64,000 nt of DNA from Pseudogracilibacillus sp. (GCA_026169505.1 JAPFCO010000118.1:1468-65467); one strand, 5' to 3'. Positions 39,964 through 51,238 are shown, counted from the stretch's first letter. The notes: a model not told the origin generated them from the letters alone. Numbers and translations: made by a program.

Positions 39964-40750
39964 AATTTATCACCCTTCCATTCCCTGAATTATAACTAAT
40001 AATTCATAAAGATCAAAACACTTCACTTTCCAGCTTCAGTTATTCAAACCAATAACCAATACCATATACTAATACTTCATTACCAAAAATGATAACCATT
40101 TCCTGCCGCTCATCTGTTGACTGACTGTGATAAACATTCACATCCGAAATAGAGACAAATAAAATATGCCCAAAAGCATCTGGGCATTTAATGTGCTCAT
40201 TACAGGTTCTTTCAACAATATCACGTTTACGGAAGATCGATCTTATGAAAATCAGTCAAATTTGTATAACATTATTGTTTCTGAACTATGATTCCTCGTC
40301 TACGAACTTCCAGAAGTTATGAAGTGGTAAAAACGCTGTCAAGGATGATACATTTTATTAGCTGTAATCAATTATTCATATAATATACCTGTATATATCT
40401 ATGAGAGAACGTAGCAGATTGCATCAATAATTCTTACTTAGCCCTTGGAGAATCACTTCCCTATCTGAAGTGGATCAAAAAAAAAAGAGATAGATCTTCC
40501 CCATGTCTTACTTTAAGAAGTGCGACATCAGCATGTATCGACTATTTTCTGTCCTCAATTTGAACCTCGTGGTTGGCATAGAAAGATTAGTGGGTGAACA
40601 CTTGCCAAAGCCAATGATAATAGGTGGAACGGGGTTCTGCCCCCTCCCTTGTAAAAGGTTTTTATGAACAGGAAGTTACTGATGATTCTAAGTCTCTAGA
40701 ATCATCATATATAAGTAATGTAGCGCTAGCGAGAAGACGATTTCATTAAT

Positions 40751-42100
40751 TTATTTATGGATAAAATTTCCAAAACCTGGTTGTACATTTACTTTCTTCC
40801 CATCAAAGACAGAAACCCCTCTTACAAATGTATTCTTAATTTTTCCTTTTATATTTTTTCTGTTAAAGGGAAGTAGTTTAGAGTTAGTGAATAAGAGTGT
40901 ATTTGAACTTATTTCCCATTTCTTATTAGGATCAATAATAGTGAAGTCAGCATCATATCCTTCCTTTATCTTTCCTTTATTTAGAATCTCAAATCTGTTC
41001 GCAGGATTGGTCGACATGATTTTCGAAAATTCACTTGGAGTAAAATTATTATTGATGACCATTGCATCAAACATTAATGGTATCATTACTTCTAATCCAG
41101 GTAACCCTGCAGGTGCTTCAAAAATATTGTTTATTCCTTTTTCTTTGTCTATTTTATCCCAAAAGACATGATCAGACGTTATAAAATCAATATTTCCCTG
41201 CTTTAAATGTTCCCACATCCTTTTAACATCATCTGCTGAACGAACAGGGGGACTCATTTTAGCAAACGGACCATATTTATCTAAGTCGTTTGTATTAAGT
41301 AGTAAATAAGGGTAGCATGTTTCAGCTGTAACATCTACTCCCATTTTTTTGAATATATTTATTATATCCAAAGTTCTTGGATGACTTACATGAACTATAT
41401 GCAATTTAGCTTTAGTCCAATAGGCTAGCTCCAAAAGTTTTAACACTGATATTACTTCAGTATATGCAGGATGAGTTTCTGCATGAGCAAGCGGATATAC
41501 TTTATCTTCTGCTAAATGTTTTTTTATAAGGGATTGTACAAGATCATTATCCTCTGAATGAAAAGCAACTAGTGTATTAGTAGTTGCTAAAATTTCCATA
41601 GTTTTTACAATTTCATAATTAGGTATTTGGGGAAAGCGTTTTTCATCTGTTTCGAAAGTTGACATTTTAAATGCGATTGCACCTGATTTTATTAATGGTT
41701 TTAAATTCGATGTCCCATTTTCTTTAGTTATGGTACCCCATAATCCTATATCAATCACTGATTCTTTATTTACTAAATTTGCTTTTTTTTCGAATCTATT
41801 TACATTTGTTATAGGAATTGGTGAATCATAAGGCATATCTATAAAGGTGGTTATACCACCTACTGCTGCAAGTTTACTAGTTTTTGTAATTCCTTCTTCT
41901 GGATTACTAAAGCAGTGAACATGCGTATCAATAAAACCAGGGAATATATAATTATTTCCATAATCAATTTTTTCTTTTCCTAAAAGCTCTTCTTTTATTG
42001 AGGATACTTTCATTATTTTACCATTATTTATTCCTATTTGACCTAAAAAAACTTTATCCTCTTGAACAATTTTTCCTTTTAAAACAAGTTCATATTTCAC
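40751..42100 (-). CDS. Cyclic amidohydrolase (allantoinase/dihydroorotase/hydantoinase family)
   Basis: DTHVH, GGITT..DMP, AFK, FHSED, HIVHVS, TSDH metal ligands. Confidence 0.9.
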   Translation of the reverse strand: MKYELVLKGKIVQEDKVFLGQIGINNGKIMKVSSIKEELLGKEKIDYGNNYIFPGFIDTHVHCFSNPEEGITKTSKLAAVGGITTFIDMPYDSPIPITNVNRFEKKANLVNKESVIDIGLWGTITKENGTSNLKPLIKSGAIAFKMSTFETDEKRFPQIPNYEIVKTMEILATTNTLVAFHSEDNDLVQSLIKKHLAEDKVYPLAHAETHPAYTEVISVLKLLELAYWTKAKLHIVHVSHPRTLDIINIFKKMGVDVTAETCYPYLLLNTNDLDKYGPFAKMSPPVRSADDVKRMWEHLKQGNIDFITSDHVFWDKIDKEKGINNIFEAPAGLPGLEVMIPLMFDAMVINNNFTPSEFSKIMSTNPANRFEILNKGKIKEGYDADFTIIDPNKKWEISSNTLLFTNSKLLPFNRKNIKGKIKNTFVRGVSVFDGKKVNVQPGFGNFIHK

Positions 42101-42148
42101 TTTACAAATTCCTCTCTTTTATAAATAGAATCAATTCTTATGTCACTC

Positions 42149-43117
42149 TTATGAATAAGATTCTATCCAAGTTACATAATCAGAAAAGGCTTCATCCAAT
42201 CCATATTTGGGAATAAATCCAATGTCTTTTTCTAATCTTTGAATAGATAAACTGGGCCGGTCTGTCTTAGAGTGTAAAGACACATTAGCATCCTCTAGTG
42301 CTTTGACAATTTCAAATTCAAAACCTGGATATTGTTTAGTTAGTTTTTCACACCACTCTTTTATGGACCATTTGCTGTTATAACTAATATTATAGATGTC
42401 GTAAGTTAAACGGCTATGGTTAACAATACTAAGCAATGCTCTCCCTACGTCTCGACTATATAACCAGTCTCTGTTTCCATAATTCGGAATGAAAGCTTTT
42501 ATTTTTCGAATAGCAAGTTTAGTAGTAACAAAAGGGGCACTTAAAGTTTCTCTTGCACCTGTATCATACTCCCATGGACCAAAAACAATACCAATACGAG
42601 CGACAGTAACATTCATTTTAAATAACTTTTTATATCTCAATGCTACCGTTTCTCCCCCATATTTACTGATAGCATATATCGTCTTAGGAAGTGGAATAGT
42701 TTCTTCTTCAAGAAAATCATTTGGTAAATTAGATTCTTTGTTACCATAAACTGATGCCGAACTTAAGTAGATAAATTTTTTGATATTATATTGTTTTGCT
42801 AACTCTAACATATCTATCGTTCCCATTAAATTAATGTCCATGGTTTCTTTTATGTTTATGTGCTCTGATAACTTACCTGGAGCAAGAGCAGCTCCATGAA
42901 TAATAATTGTAATTGAATAATCTTTAATAATCGAAGCTATTTTTTCTTTGTTTTTTATAGAAGTTCTTATAAATTGAAAATTGTTTTTTTTAAATTTTTT
43001 TTGGGCTTGATGTGGAAGTTGGTTTTCATCAATCGCCACTACGCTTCTTTCTGTAATAAATTGTTCAATTATATTTAATCCGATAAATCCACTTCCACCT
43101 GTTATGAGAACAGTCAT
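42149..43117 (-). CDS. NAD-dependent epimerase/dehydratase (extended SDR)
   Basis: TGGSGFIG, SSASVYG and YAISK. Confidence 0.9.
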   Translation of the reverse strand: MTVLITGGSGFIGLNIIEQFITERSVVAIDENQLPHQAQKKFKKNNFQFIRTSIKNKEKIASIIKDYSITIIIHGAALAPGKLSEHINIKETMDINLMGTIDMLELAKQYNIKKFIYLSSASVYGNKESNLPNDFLEEETIPLPKTIYAISKYGGETVALRYKKLFKMNVTVARIGIVFGPWEYDTGARETLSAPFVTTKLAIRKIKAFIPNYGNRDWLYSRDVGRALLSIVNHSRLTYDIYNISYNSKWSIKEWCEKLTKQYPGFEFEIVKALEDANVSLHSKTDRPSLSIQRLEKDIGFIPKYGLDEAFSDYVTWIESYS

Positions 43118-43119
43118 TA

Positions 43120-44109
43120 CTACACCCCCTTATGTGAGTAATTAAATGTTTTTTCCACTTTCATTATTGCGCAGATCCATTCTCCAATATTTATAGAAGG
43201 TATTGTTCGGGATATTAATACCATACCCTCGTTTGGCGCTCTAATTGTTTCTAAAACTTTACCAAACACATCTGAAATTGTACCTATTATATCTCCTGCT
43301 TTTACATAATCCCCCACCTGCACATAAGATTTTAAAATACCACTAGCAGGAGAATGGATAAATTCTTTCTCGTCATCTGGTGAGCGGGTGAGTGTATAAG
43401 TTTCAGGCAAATTACTGATTTGGGTGCTTTTCATATCCAAATAATTTAGAACATTCATAATTCCAATTTTTATTTGCTCTACTTTTAAATCATTACATCG
43501 GCCTTCTCCACCGGACTCTACTAAAAGTGATGGAATTTTACGCTTGTATGCTTCTAAGCGTAAAACATTTGAAAAAGATACCGATTTATATAAAGTTGGT
43601 ATTCCAAAAATCTTAGCAAATTCAAGTGAAGATTTTATATTAGGCTCGCTTTCGAAAAAACCTACATAACTGTGTAAATCATAATTCTTTCCTCCCCCTT
43701 GAAAATTAATAAAATAATCGCTTTGTTGAATAATATTTTCTATTAGGCATAAAGACAGTTTTTCAGTCACGTAACCATTTTCTTGTCCAGGAAAGCTTCT
43801 ATTCATATCTAAATAATCAATCCAACCAACACGATTCGCTACTTCAAATGCATTTATATTAGCATGGGGGGTAAGTATTATTCCTCCTTTTAATTTATTA
43901 GGGTCAATTTCGTTAAATAACTGCTTTAATGCTTCTGGACCCTCGAAGGTATCTCCATGCAATCCTGTAGCCATACCTAACACAGGTCCTGGATAGTTCC
44001 CTTGAATTGCCATTAAGGGAACTCCAATATAGGTACCGTCATGACGTGTTCCTATTTTATTTAAATAAGTAGTTTTTTGACCAGGTTTTAAAAGTTTATT
44101 ATTGATCAC
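43120..44109 (-). CDS. M14 succinylglutamate desuccinylase/aspartoacylase-family protein with altered metal ligands
   Basis: G..PGP.L, GLHGDT, DMNRSFPG, VESGG and C-terminal biotinyl-like domain. Confidence 0.8.
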   Translation of the reverse strand: MINNKLLKPGQKTTYLNKIGTRHDGTYIGVPLMAIQGNYPGPVLGMATGLHGDTFEGPEALKQLFNEIDPNKLKGGIILTPHANINAFEVANRVGWIDYLDMNRSFPGQENGYVTEKLSLCLIENIIQQSDYFINFQGGGKNYDLHSYVGFFESEPNIKSSLEFAKIFGIPTLYKSVSFSNVLRLEAYKRKIPSLLVESGGEGRCNDLKVEQIKIGIMNVLNYLDMKSTQISNLPETYTLTRSPDDEKEFIHSPASGILKSYVQVGDYVKAGDIIGTISDVFGKVLETIRAPNEGMVLISRTIPSINIGEWICAIMKVEKTFNYSHKGV

Positions 44110-44167
44110 TATAGTTATATTTAACAGCTCCTTATAAATATTCCAAAGTCTTTAAACAAAGACATTT

Positions 44168-44947
44168 CTAAAGATTTTGCACAAATTGTTTAGTCTTCTC
44201 TTCTTTTGGTTCATGAAATATTTGATGTGGAGGACCGTCTTCAATTATTTTCCCACTGTCCATAAATATAATTCTGTTAGCTACTTCTTCAGCGAATTTC
44301 ATTTCGTGAGTTACAATAATCATAGTCATTCCTTCTTTTGCTAACTTTATCATTACAGATAAAACTTCGCGTGATAGTTGCGGGTCTAGAGCGGAAGTAA
44401 CTTCATCAAAAAGCATAACAGATGGCTCCATAACTAAAGCCTTGGCAATCGCAACACGTTGTTGTTGACCTCCTGATAAATTTGCGGGATATGCATTCAT
44501 TTTCTCTTTCATCTGCACTAGATTCAACATTTCTTCCGCTTTTTGAGTAGCTGCTTTTTTAGTTTCTTTTTTTACTAAGATTGGCGCTGTAATCAGATTA
44601 TCTATAACCTTCATATGAGGCCATAAATTGTATTGTTGGAAAACCATACCGGTTTCTTTACGTAGTTTCGCTATTTCTTTATCATAAAGACGCGGCCTAG
44701 AATTAGGTGAAAGAGATTTAATCTCATTATCATTTATAATTATTGATCCTCCGGTAGGCTCTTCTAATAAATTAATACATCTCAGTAGGGTACTCTTTCC
44801 TGTACCACTTGGGCCTATTATTGCTATAACGTCACCTTTGTTAACTTCTAAATTTATCTTGTCCAAAACTGTATTATCATTGAATGCTTTTGTTAGATTT
44901 TTAATTTGTAAAATTGAACTCAATTTAAAAACTTCCTTTCTTATCAT
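44168..44947 (-). CDS. Polar amino-acid ABC ATPase
   Basis: GPSGTGKST and LSGGQQQRV. Confidence 0.92.
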   Translation of the reverse strand: MIRKEVFKLSSILQIKNLTKAFNDNTVLDKINLEVNKGDVIAIIGPSGTGKSTLLRCINLLEEPTGGSIIINDNEIKSLSPNSRPRLYDKEIAKLRKETGMVFQQYNLWPHMKVIDNLITAPILVKKETKKAATQKAEEMLNLVQMKEKMNAYPANLSGGQQQRVAIAKALVMEPSVMLFDEVTSALDPQLSREVLSVMIKLAKEGMTMIIVTHEMKFAEEVANRIIFMDSGKIIEDGPPHQIFHEPKEEKTKQFVQNL

Positions 44948-44962
44948 TCTTATTAATAGTTT

Positions 44963-45619
44963 TTACCGACTATAGTATGATAGTTTCTTTTCTGACCAAG
45001 ATTGTAGAAGCATTAACCCACTAGTCATAATTAGGTAAATCACCCCTGCTGCTGAAAGTATTTCAATTGGACGATATGTTGCACTATATATTTTTTCCGC
45101 ATTTAGCATTAAATCCGAAACAGTTATCACGGATACAAGAGATGTGTTTTTCAAAAGAAGAATAGAATTGTTAATATAAGGTGGTATTATTATTCTTACA
45201 GCTTGTGGAAATACCACTTTTCTAAAAATTTGTGAATAAGACATGCCTAAGGCGATAGACGCCTCTATTTGTCCCTTAGGAATAGCTTCAATCCCTGAAC
45301 GTATAATTTCTCCATAATAAGCTGTTGAATTTAAAGTTAATCCTATAATTGCTGCAGCAAATGCAGGTATTACAATTCCTATGTGTGGAAAAGTATAATA
45401 GATATAAAACAACGTAAGCAGTTGAGGAGTTCCTCTAAATATCCAGACATATACAGAAGAAATATTTCTAATAGTTTTCCTTTCAGAAATTCGCATTAAT
45501 GCCATTCCAGTTCCAGTAATACTCGCAAGAACTATAACTATAACTGACAATTCTAAAGTAATTAACGCACCTTTCAGTAAAGCTGGAAGATACGTTATTA
45601 AAGTTTCAAAGTCAAACAT
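44963..45619 (-). CDS. Polar amino-acid ABC permease
   Basis: FRGTP and GQIEASIALGM. Confidence 0.9.
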   Translation of the reverse strand: MFDFETLITYLPALLKGALITLELSVIVIVLASITGTGMALMRISERKTIRNISSVYVWIFRGTPQLLTLFYIYYTFPHIGIVIPAFAAAIIGLTLNSTAYYGEIIRSGIEAIPKGQIEASIALGMSYSQIFRKVVFPQAVRIIIPPYINNSILLLKNTSLVSVITVSDLMLNAEKIYSATYRPIEILSAAGVIYLIMTSGLMLLQSWSEKKLSYYSR

Positions 45620-45669
45620 TTTCCACTCTCCTTCGTTCTCTTAAATTCAACGTGTTTTAGTATATCTAA

Positions 45670-46464
45670 TTATTCCACAAACTCTTCTCCTGTATGTTCT
45701 TTTGCAAGTTCTTCATATTTACCATCATCTTTAGCTTGCTTAATTATTTCAGATACTTTTTCTGTAAGTTCTTCATTTTCTTTACTAATAGCAATTGAAA
45801 TCTTAGAACCACTGTAACCGTCTTCACTGATTACATAGCCTTTCTCATTACCTTCTCGTAACATCCAATCACCACCAACAACTCTCCCTGTAAGAGCAAC
45901 ATCTATTCTCTTATTTTTTAAATCCTCAAAAACATTTGGTAGACTTGGATAGGTCTTAAGGTCTTTATATCCTCCAATTTCTTCAGCTGGAGCCTCTCCA
46001 TTATGTGATCCCGCAACAACCCCAACAATTTTACCTTCTATATCTTCTGGGCCATTAATATCGTCAACTAGATCAGGATTATAAATTGCTATAACATCTT
46101 CAAAAGCATAATATTCTGTGAAATCAACTTCTTTTTCCCTTTCTTCTGTTACACTAATACCTGACATTGCCATATCAGCTTGTTTAGATTTAACTGAAGG
46201 TACTGTCCCTTTAAAATCCATTTCCTTCCACTCTACATCAACACCTAACTCATCTGCTATGAGATTAGCCCAGTCAACATCAAGTCCGACTAATTCGTTT
46301 TTTTCATTAGGATAAATGGTTGGCGGGTTATTTCCACTTGTTGCAATAGTTATAGTACCTTTATCTTGTATTTCTTTGACTTTATCATCACTACCTTCAC
46401 CACACGCAGTTAATATTCCTAAAGATAATACTAAAGACAACATAATTTTAATTGTATTTTTCAT
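45670..46464 (-). CDS. Family 3 amino-acid ABC substrate-binding lipoprotein
   Basis: Lipobox LTAC; GLDVD, SVTEERE..VDFT. Confidence 0.9.
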   Translation of the reverse strand: MKNTIKIMLSLVLSLGILTACGEGSDDKVKEIQDKGTITIATSGNNPPTIYPNEKNELVGLDVDWANLIADELGVDVEWKEMDFKGTVPSVKSKQADMAMSGISVTEEREKEVDFTEYYAFEDVIAIYNPDLVDDINGPEDIEGKIVGVVAGSHNGEAPAEEIGGYKDLKTYPSLPNVFEDLKNKRIDVALTGRVVGGDWMLREGNEKGYVISEDGYSGSKISIAISKENEELTEKVSEIIKQAKDDGKYEELAKEHTGEEFVE

Positions 46465-46467
46465 AGC

Positions 46468-47658
46468 TTATCGCCCCTTTTTTAAAATAGATCCTTCTTT
46501 CATGACAAAATTAACATTCCATAAAGTTGATATATTTTCTAAAGGATTTTGTGGAACCGAAATTATATCAGCTTGCTTTCCAATTTCTAAAGTTCCTAGG
46601 TAACTGTCTGCTCTTAATAATTCAGCTCCATTTTTTGTAGCTACCTTAATTGCTTCTGATGGTGGTAAACCCTTCTCTACTAAATACTCTATTTCAAATG
46701 GAAATAACCCGTGCATACTATCAGTTCCACATGCAAACTTTACGTTTTTATATATTCCTTTTTTAATGTATTTATCTATTTGATTTGCAGCATTTAAAAG
46801 AAGTTTCTTTTCTTTTTCAGCTTGATTAGTTCCTTTTGCACTTACAGTATAATCAACATTTGGTAATCCCGATGGATGATAAAATATTGAATTAGTAGCA
46901 ACCCAATAGACTCCTTTTTCTTTCATTAAATCTAATATATTATCACTTATTTCTCCCCCATGTTCTATACTATTTACTCCTTCCTCTACACAAATTCGAA
47001 TTTCTTTTTCAGTTAACGCATGTGCTGATATAGGTAAGTTATGTTTATGTGCCTCTTCTATAGCAAGTCTTATTTCATCACGAGTATAATTTCCCGGATC
47101 ACAAAAAATCTTTATCACATCTGCACCTTTTTTCACGCTGTTCTTGATTGATTTTTTGATGTCATCAGGAGAATCAACATGATTATAACTTCCTGGACTA
47201 GTCGGTTTTATAGCTCCCCCACTTATAAATAATCTTGGACCTGTTATTTCCTTTGTATTAATCCCTTGACGTAAATACACATCTAGATCATCATTTGCGT
47301 TCATAATCCTCATAGTTGTTACGCCTGAATTTATTGAAGTGTTGAGATTTTTCACAGAACGCAAAGTACTCATTACTGGAGAGACTTTGTTTTGACTAAT
47401 TTGGTCACCTTCTCCTGGTCTAGTCGGTCCATGACTATGACTATCTACAAAACCTGGCAATAAATAATTATGTGTGAGATCAATAATTTTATAGTTGTAA
47501 ACGCTCTTGTTTTTTATTGAAAAGTTGTATTTTATATCTGCTATATTTTTCCCTTCAATAAAAACAGCTACGTCATTTTTAATATCACCCCCCGTTCCGT
47601 CAATAAGTCCTTTAGCATAGATAATCGTATTCACAAAACCAAACCTCCTTTCTATCAT
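46468..47658 (-). CDS. Amidohydrolase-family protein (prolidase/imidazolonepropionase-like); start probably GTG at 47634
   Basis: PGFVDSHSH, IKIF, SAHA, SIEHG, GTDS. Confidence 0.88.
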   Translation of the reverse strand: MIERRFGFVNTIIYAKGLIDGTGGDIKNDVAVFIEGKNIADIKYNFSIKNKSVYNYKIIDLTHNYLLPGFVDSHSHGPTRPGEGDQISQNKVSPVMSTLRSVKNLNTSINSGVTTMRIMNANDDLDVYLRQGINTKEITGPRLFISGGAIKPTSPGSYNHVDSPDDIKKSIKNSVKKGADVIKIFCDPGNYTRDEIRLAIEEAHKHNLPISAHALTEKEIRICVEEGVNSIEHGGEISDNILDLMKEKGVYWVATNSIFYHPSGLPNVDYTVSAKGTNQAEKEKKLLLNAANQIDKYIKKGIYKNVKFACGTDSMHGLFPFEIEYLVEKGLPPSEAIKVATKNGAELLRADSYLGTLEIGKQADIISVPQNPLENISTLWNVNFVMKEGSILKKGR

Positions 47659-47679
47659 TTTGTTTTTTGCTCAGATTAA

Positions 47680-47693
47680 AGATAGCGCTTACA
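47680..47693 (-). promoter_or_regulatory. Putative CcpA cre site
   Basis: Minus-strand TGTAAGCGCTATCT. Confidence 0.55.
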
Positions 47694-47761
47694 GTATTTG
47701 TATATATCTAACTAAATAAAACCATTTGAATAATACCTGTCTTTTTATCTTTACATCAACA

Positions 47762-48553
47762 TTAAAACGATTTAACTAAACCCCCGTCCGCTAAAACTGT
47801 TTGGCCTGTGATATAGGTGTTTGCTTCGGAACATAAAAACACCATTAGTTTTGCATACTCTTTTGGAGTACCATAGCGCCCTAGCGGAATTCGAGATAAA
47901 CTTTCTTTATTAATATCTTCTGAAGAGACGCCTCTTTTTGCTGCATTAACCTCATCAAGATGTTTTATTCTTTCTGTTTCTATTCTTCCAGGTCCAATTA
48001 TATTGATAAGAATATTATAAGGTCCCAATTCTTGTGAAAGAGTTTTCGTTAATCCAACTACACCCATACGAAAAGTATTAGACAAAATTAAATTATCAAT
48101 TACTCTTTTAACTGATGAAGAAGTTGAGTTAAGAATTCTTCCTCCTCCTTGATTTTTCATATAAGGAATCACGGCGCGTATCGAACGAATTATACTAAGC
48201 AACACAAGTTCATAAGATTTCTGCCATTCCTCATCAGAAAAGTTAGTAAATCCTCCAGCTGGAGGTCCTCCAGTATTATTAACTAAAACATCAATACTTC
48301 CCAATTTTGCAACTGTGTTACTCACAACATTTTGTATGTCTTCTGCACGTGTTATGTCACCTAGAGTGTAGTAAATATTTTTATTTCCAGTTATTTGTTT
48401 GATTTCTTCAATTGTTTGCTTAATTTTATTTTCATTTCTACTAAACAACATGACTTTAGCACCTTCACGAGCAAATTCAATAGCTCCTGCTTTTCCTAGC
48501 CCAGAACTAGAAGCAAGTATAAGAACACTTTTATCTTCAATCTTTAAATCCAT
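47762..48553 (-). CDS. SDR oxidoreductase (atypical NNTGGPP subgroup)
   Basis: ASSSGLG, NNTGGPP; LSNTFR in place of YxxxK. Confidence 0.88.
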   Translation of the reverse strand: MDLKIEDKSVLILASSSGLGKAGAIEFAREGAKVMLFSRNENKIKQTIEEIKQITGNKNIYYTLGDITRAEDIQNVVSNTVAKLGSIDVLVNNTGGPPAGGFTNFSDEEWQKSYELVLLSIIRSIRAVIPYMKNQGGGRILNSTSSSVKRVIDNLILSNTFRMGVVGLTKTLSQELGPYNILINIIGPGRIETERIKHLDEVNAAKRGVSSEDINKESLSRIPLGRYGTPKEYAKLMVFLCSEANTYITGQTVLADGGLVKSF

Positions 48554-48604
48554 TTATGTAATCCCCCTTAAAAGTAAATTTATTTGCTACATGTTCTCGA
48601 ATGT

Positions 48605-48900
48605 TTAAACATTAAAAGGATGTTGTCGATTTTGAAAAACTTGAACTGCATTTAATAACGCAGCTGTTCCTTTTGCTAAATCCTCTGCTTCAATCCATTC
48701 TTCAGGACAATGACTACGCCCGTCTGCGCATCGAATGAATATCATGCCAAAAGGACATACATTCGGCTAGCTTCGTGACCTGCACCACTTGGTAATTCAA
48801 TTACATTAGGTTCTATTGATTCGCATGATTTTTTTAATAATGACTTAATGTCATCATTTATAATTACGGGATTAATTTTTGAAATGAATATATAATTAAT
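48605..48900 (-). pseudogene. C-terminal remnant of an M20 N-carbamoylase/allantoate amidohydrolase
   Basis: Hand translation ...ELPSGAGHEA / frameshift / GMIFIRCADGRSHCPEEWIEAEDLAKG...*. Confidence 0.8.
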
Positions 48901-49039
48901 ATCTAAATATTTTTATAAATAGATTAAATAAATCTGGTCGTGGACTTTGACCTATTGTTAATAAAGTAATCTTTCTACCTATCCCCTCATATAATAGGCA
49001 TTCAAAACGTGGTTGCGCTTTCAAAGTTGTGATACTTTT

Positions 49040-49312
49040 TTAAGTATGGCTTGAAACAAAACGGCCAAACGGGGTTGTTATACCACCAGCAGCTGCTGAT
49101 ATTGATGTATTTATAAACCCCCTCATTTGGTTTACTAAACAATGAACATCGCCATCAATAAAACTTGGATATATAAGTGATTCTTCATATTCTTCGATAG
49201 TCTCCGAATTTAAATTGTTATATCCTGATACTATTCTCTCAATTTTCATGCCTATTTCGCCATTGAATACCTTAGCACCTACAACTTTTCCCATAACATT
49301 CTCATACTTCAT
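49040..49312 (-). pseudogene. N-terminal remnant of a cyclic amidohydrolase paralogous to 40751-42100
   Basis: MKYE..GK..., IYPSFIDGDVHC, AAAGGITT; HxH broken; ends at 90 aa. Confidence 0.75.
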
Positions 49313-49339
49313 TTATCTATCTCATTTATTTTGAAAATT

Positions 49340-50161
49340 TTATAAATAGCTTTGAATTTCCTTTGCAGCATTTTTTAGTTGTTCTACTAGATACTCTTTA
49401 TTTAACTTTTTCATTTTATAATTCAAACCTGAAATACTTAATGAAGCAATAATTTTATTATCACTATTAAAAATTGGTACCCCGTAACCAGTCACGCCCT
49501 CATAGAGTTCACCACTAGAAGTTGCATAACCTTTTTTTCGAATCTCAACCAACTCCTTCTTCATTTCGGATAAGCTCGTTATAGTTTTTTCTGTATACTT
49601 AACAATTTCAATATTTTTATATAACTCTTCAACAACAGATTCATCCAAAAATGCTAATAATGCCTTCGATGATCCTCCTGCATAAAGTGGTACTATTTCT
49701 CCCGGCTCTGAAACTACCTTTACAGCACTGTCGGAATTCGTAGTTGCTAGACAAACAGTTTGTAAATTTGAGTAAACCAATAACATTGCTACTTCATTAA
49801 ATTCTTTAGTTAAATCTCTCATAAACTTTTCAGCAATTAAATTTAAATTAGTTTTATTTTTGACAATACGGTAATATTTTAAAAATTTATATCCTAATGA
49901 ATAATATCCTTCTTTTCTTTCTATTAATAAATCTTTTTTTCGTAATAACCTTACATATCTATAGACAGAACTTCGAGGCTGATTAAGCATTTCAGAAATT
50001 TGAGAAACACTTAGTTCATCATTTGTATAACTAAATAAATCTAATATATCAAGCGTTTTTTCTGCACTCATGTTACAACTAACCCCCTGTATTATCAAAT
50101 AGTGATAACGTATTATTACTTCTATTTGTTCTAGTATATACACCTCTAGAAAAATATTCAA
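49340..50161 (-). CDS. IclR-family regulator; start probably ATG at 50071
   Basis: SAEKTLDILD..., RSSVYR, YSLG, PLYAGGSSKALLA, R.KGYA. Confidence 0.9.
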   Translation of the reverse strand: MNIFLEVYILEQIEVIIRYHYLIIQGVSCNMSAEKTLDILDLFSYTNDELSVSQISEMLNQPRSSVYRYVRLLRKKDLLIERKEGYYSLGYKFLKYYRIVKNKTNLNLIAEKFMRDLTKEFNEVAMLLVYSNLQTVCLATTNSDSAVKVVSEPGEIVPLYAGGSSKALLAFLDESVVEELYKNIEIVKYTEKTITSLSEMKKELVEIRKKGYATSSGELYEGVTGYGVPIFNSDNKIIASLSISGLNYKMKKLNKEYLVEQLKNAAKEIQSYL

Positions 50162-51238
50162 GCTTTTTTTATTTTTAGAATATATTTTGTTTGTTATATT
50201 TAAAAAGTCATAGGTAAACGTGATATAGAATACACGTTTTAATCATTGGTCACAGGTGGGATAATCATCTTAGAATTTAATTCTGAGAAGGTTTCTATGA
50301 CGCTAGAAGTTAAACGAATGGATTGAAAGTTAATGGTCGATATGATAAATGACTTTTCACATTACCCATATTTTGTTAAATCCTTAAAAAAGGGACTTAG
50401 TAACACATTAAATTCTACATATGAAGGTTACCTTAATAATCATGGAATAAGAGACTTTAAGAATTCAATAAAGAAAAATACATAGGTCTACCTGATAAAA
50501 AGATTAATGCAATATTCCATGAGACAAAGGTTAAATGTCAATCCCATATAAAAGAAGTTTGGAGAAATATAACTTATCGATCATATTTTCAATGGAATAA
50601 ATCAGCTGAGGACTTTTGAGGAGCTAAGGTGAACAAATCAATGACCATATCATTAAAGAGTTCAGACGGCTATTAAATGATAAACATGTGTCTTTATGAT
50701 GGCAAGTGCTAATTAGCAAAGTTGCACAACTGGTTCATAATTACAGCCATTGGAACGATAATATTCCAATGGCTGGTTATTATTGTGTGTTTTATTAATC
50801 AGAGACACTCTTTCCGCCCTAGCATCTGCTCAAAACCCAGTGCAGCTAGCTCATACTGTACAAAATACTCGACTTTTTATGAATTGATAAACAGGTTCGC
50901 AAAGGGTCGTAAATTCCTTGTCGCTCTTTGGTAAAAACAATGGAAACGATATATTCTTAGTTAATAAATATTTTTCTTATCTAGCAAAAATCTGTCTACT
51001 TTAGTTTAGCAATCACAACTAGCCAAGGCTTTACAAGCAAAAGTTAATGATTTAAAGCCAAAAGGGTATCTGTCAAATAACTTTCTAATCGGAGTTGATT
51101 CTTCAAAGTCAAATTATGTAACAAACATGAGAAATGACTTTTCAAAGGACATAAATATCTTTGATTCATATTCTCCCGATATGAACCCCATAAAATCTAT
51201 GAGGGGTAATAACAATAAATAAATTAGGAACTATAACT

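Noticed and set aside
50300-50960. Broken coding-like sequence on both strands between IclR and the tct/prp terminator
   Set aside because: Multiple stops and no motif I can assign; needs BLASTx
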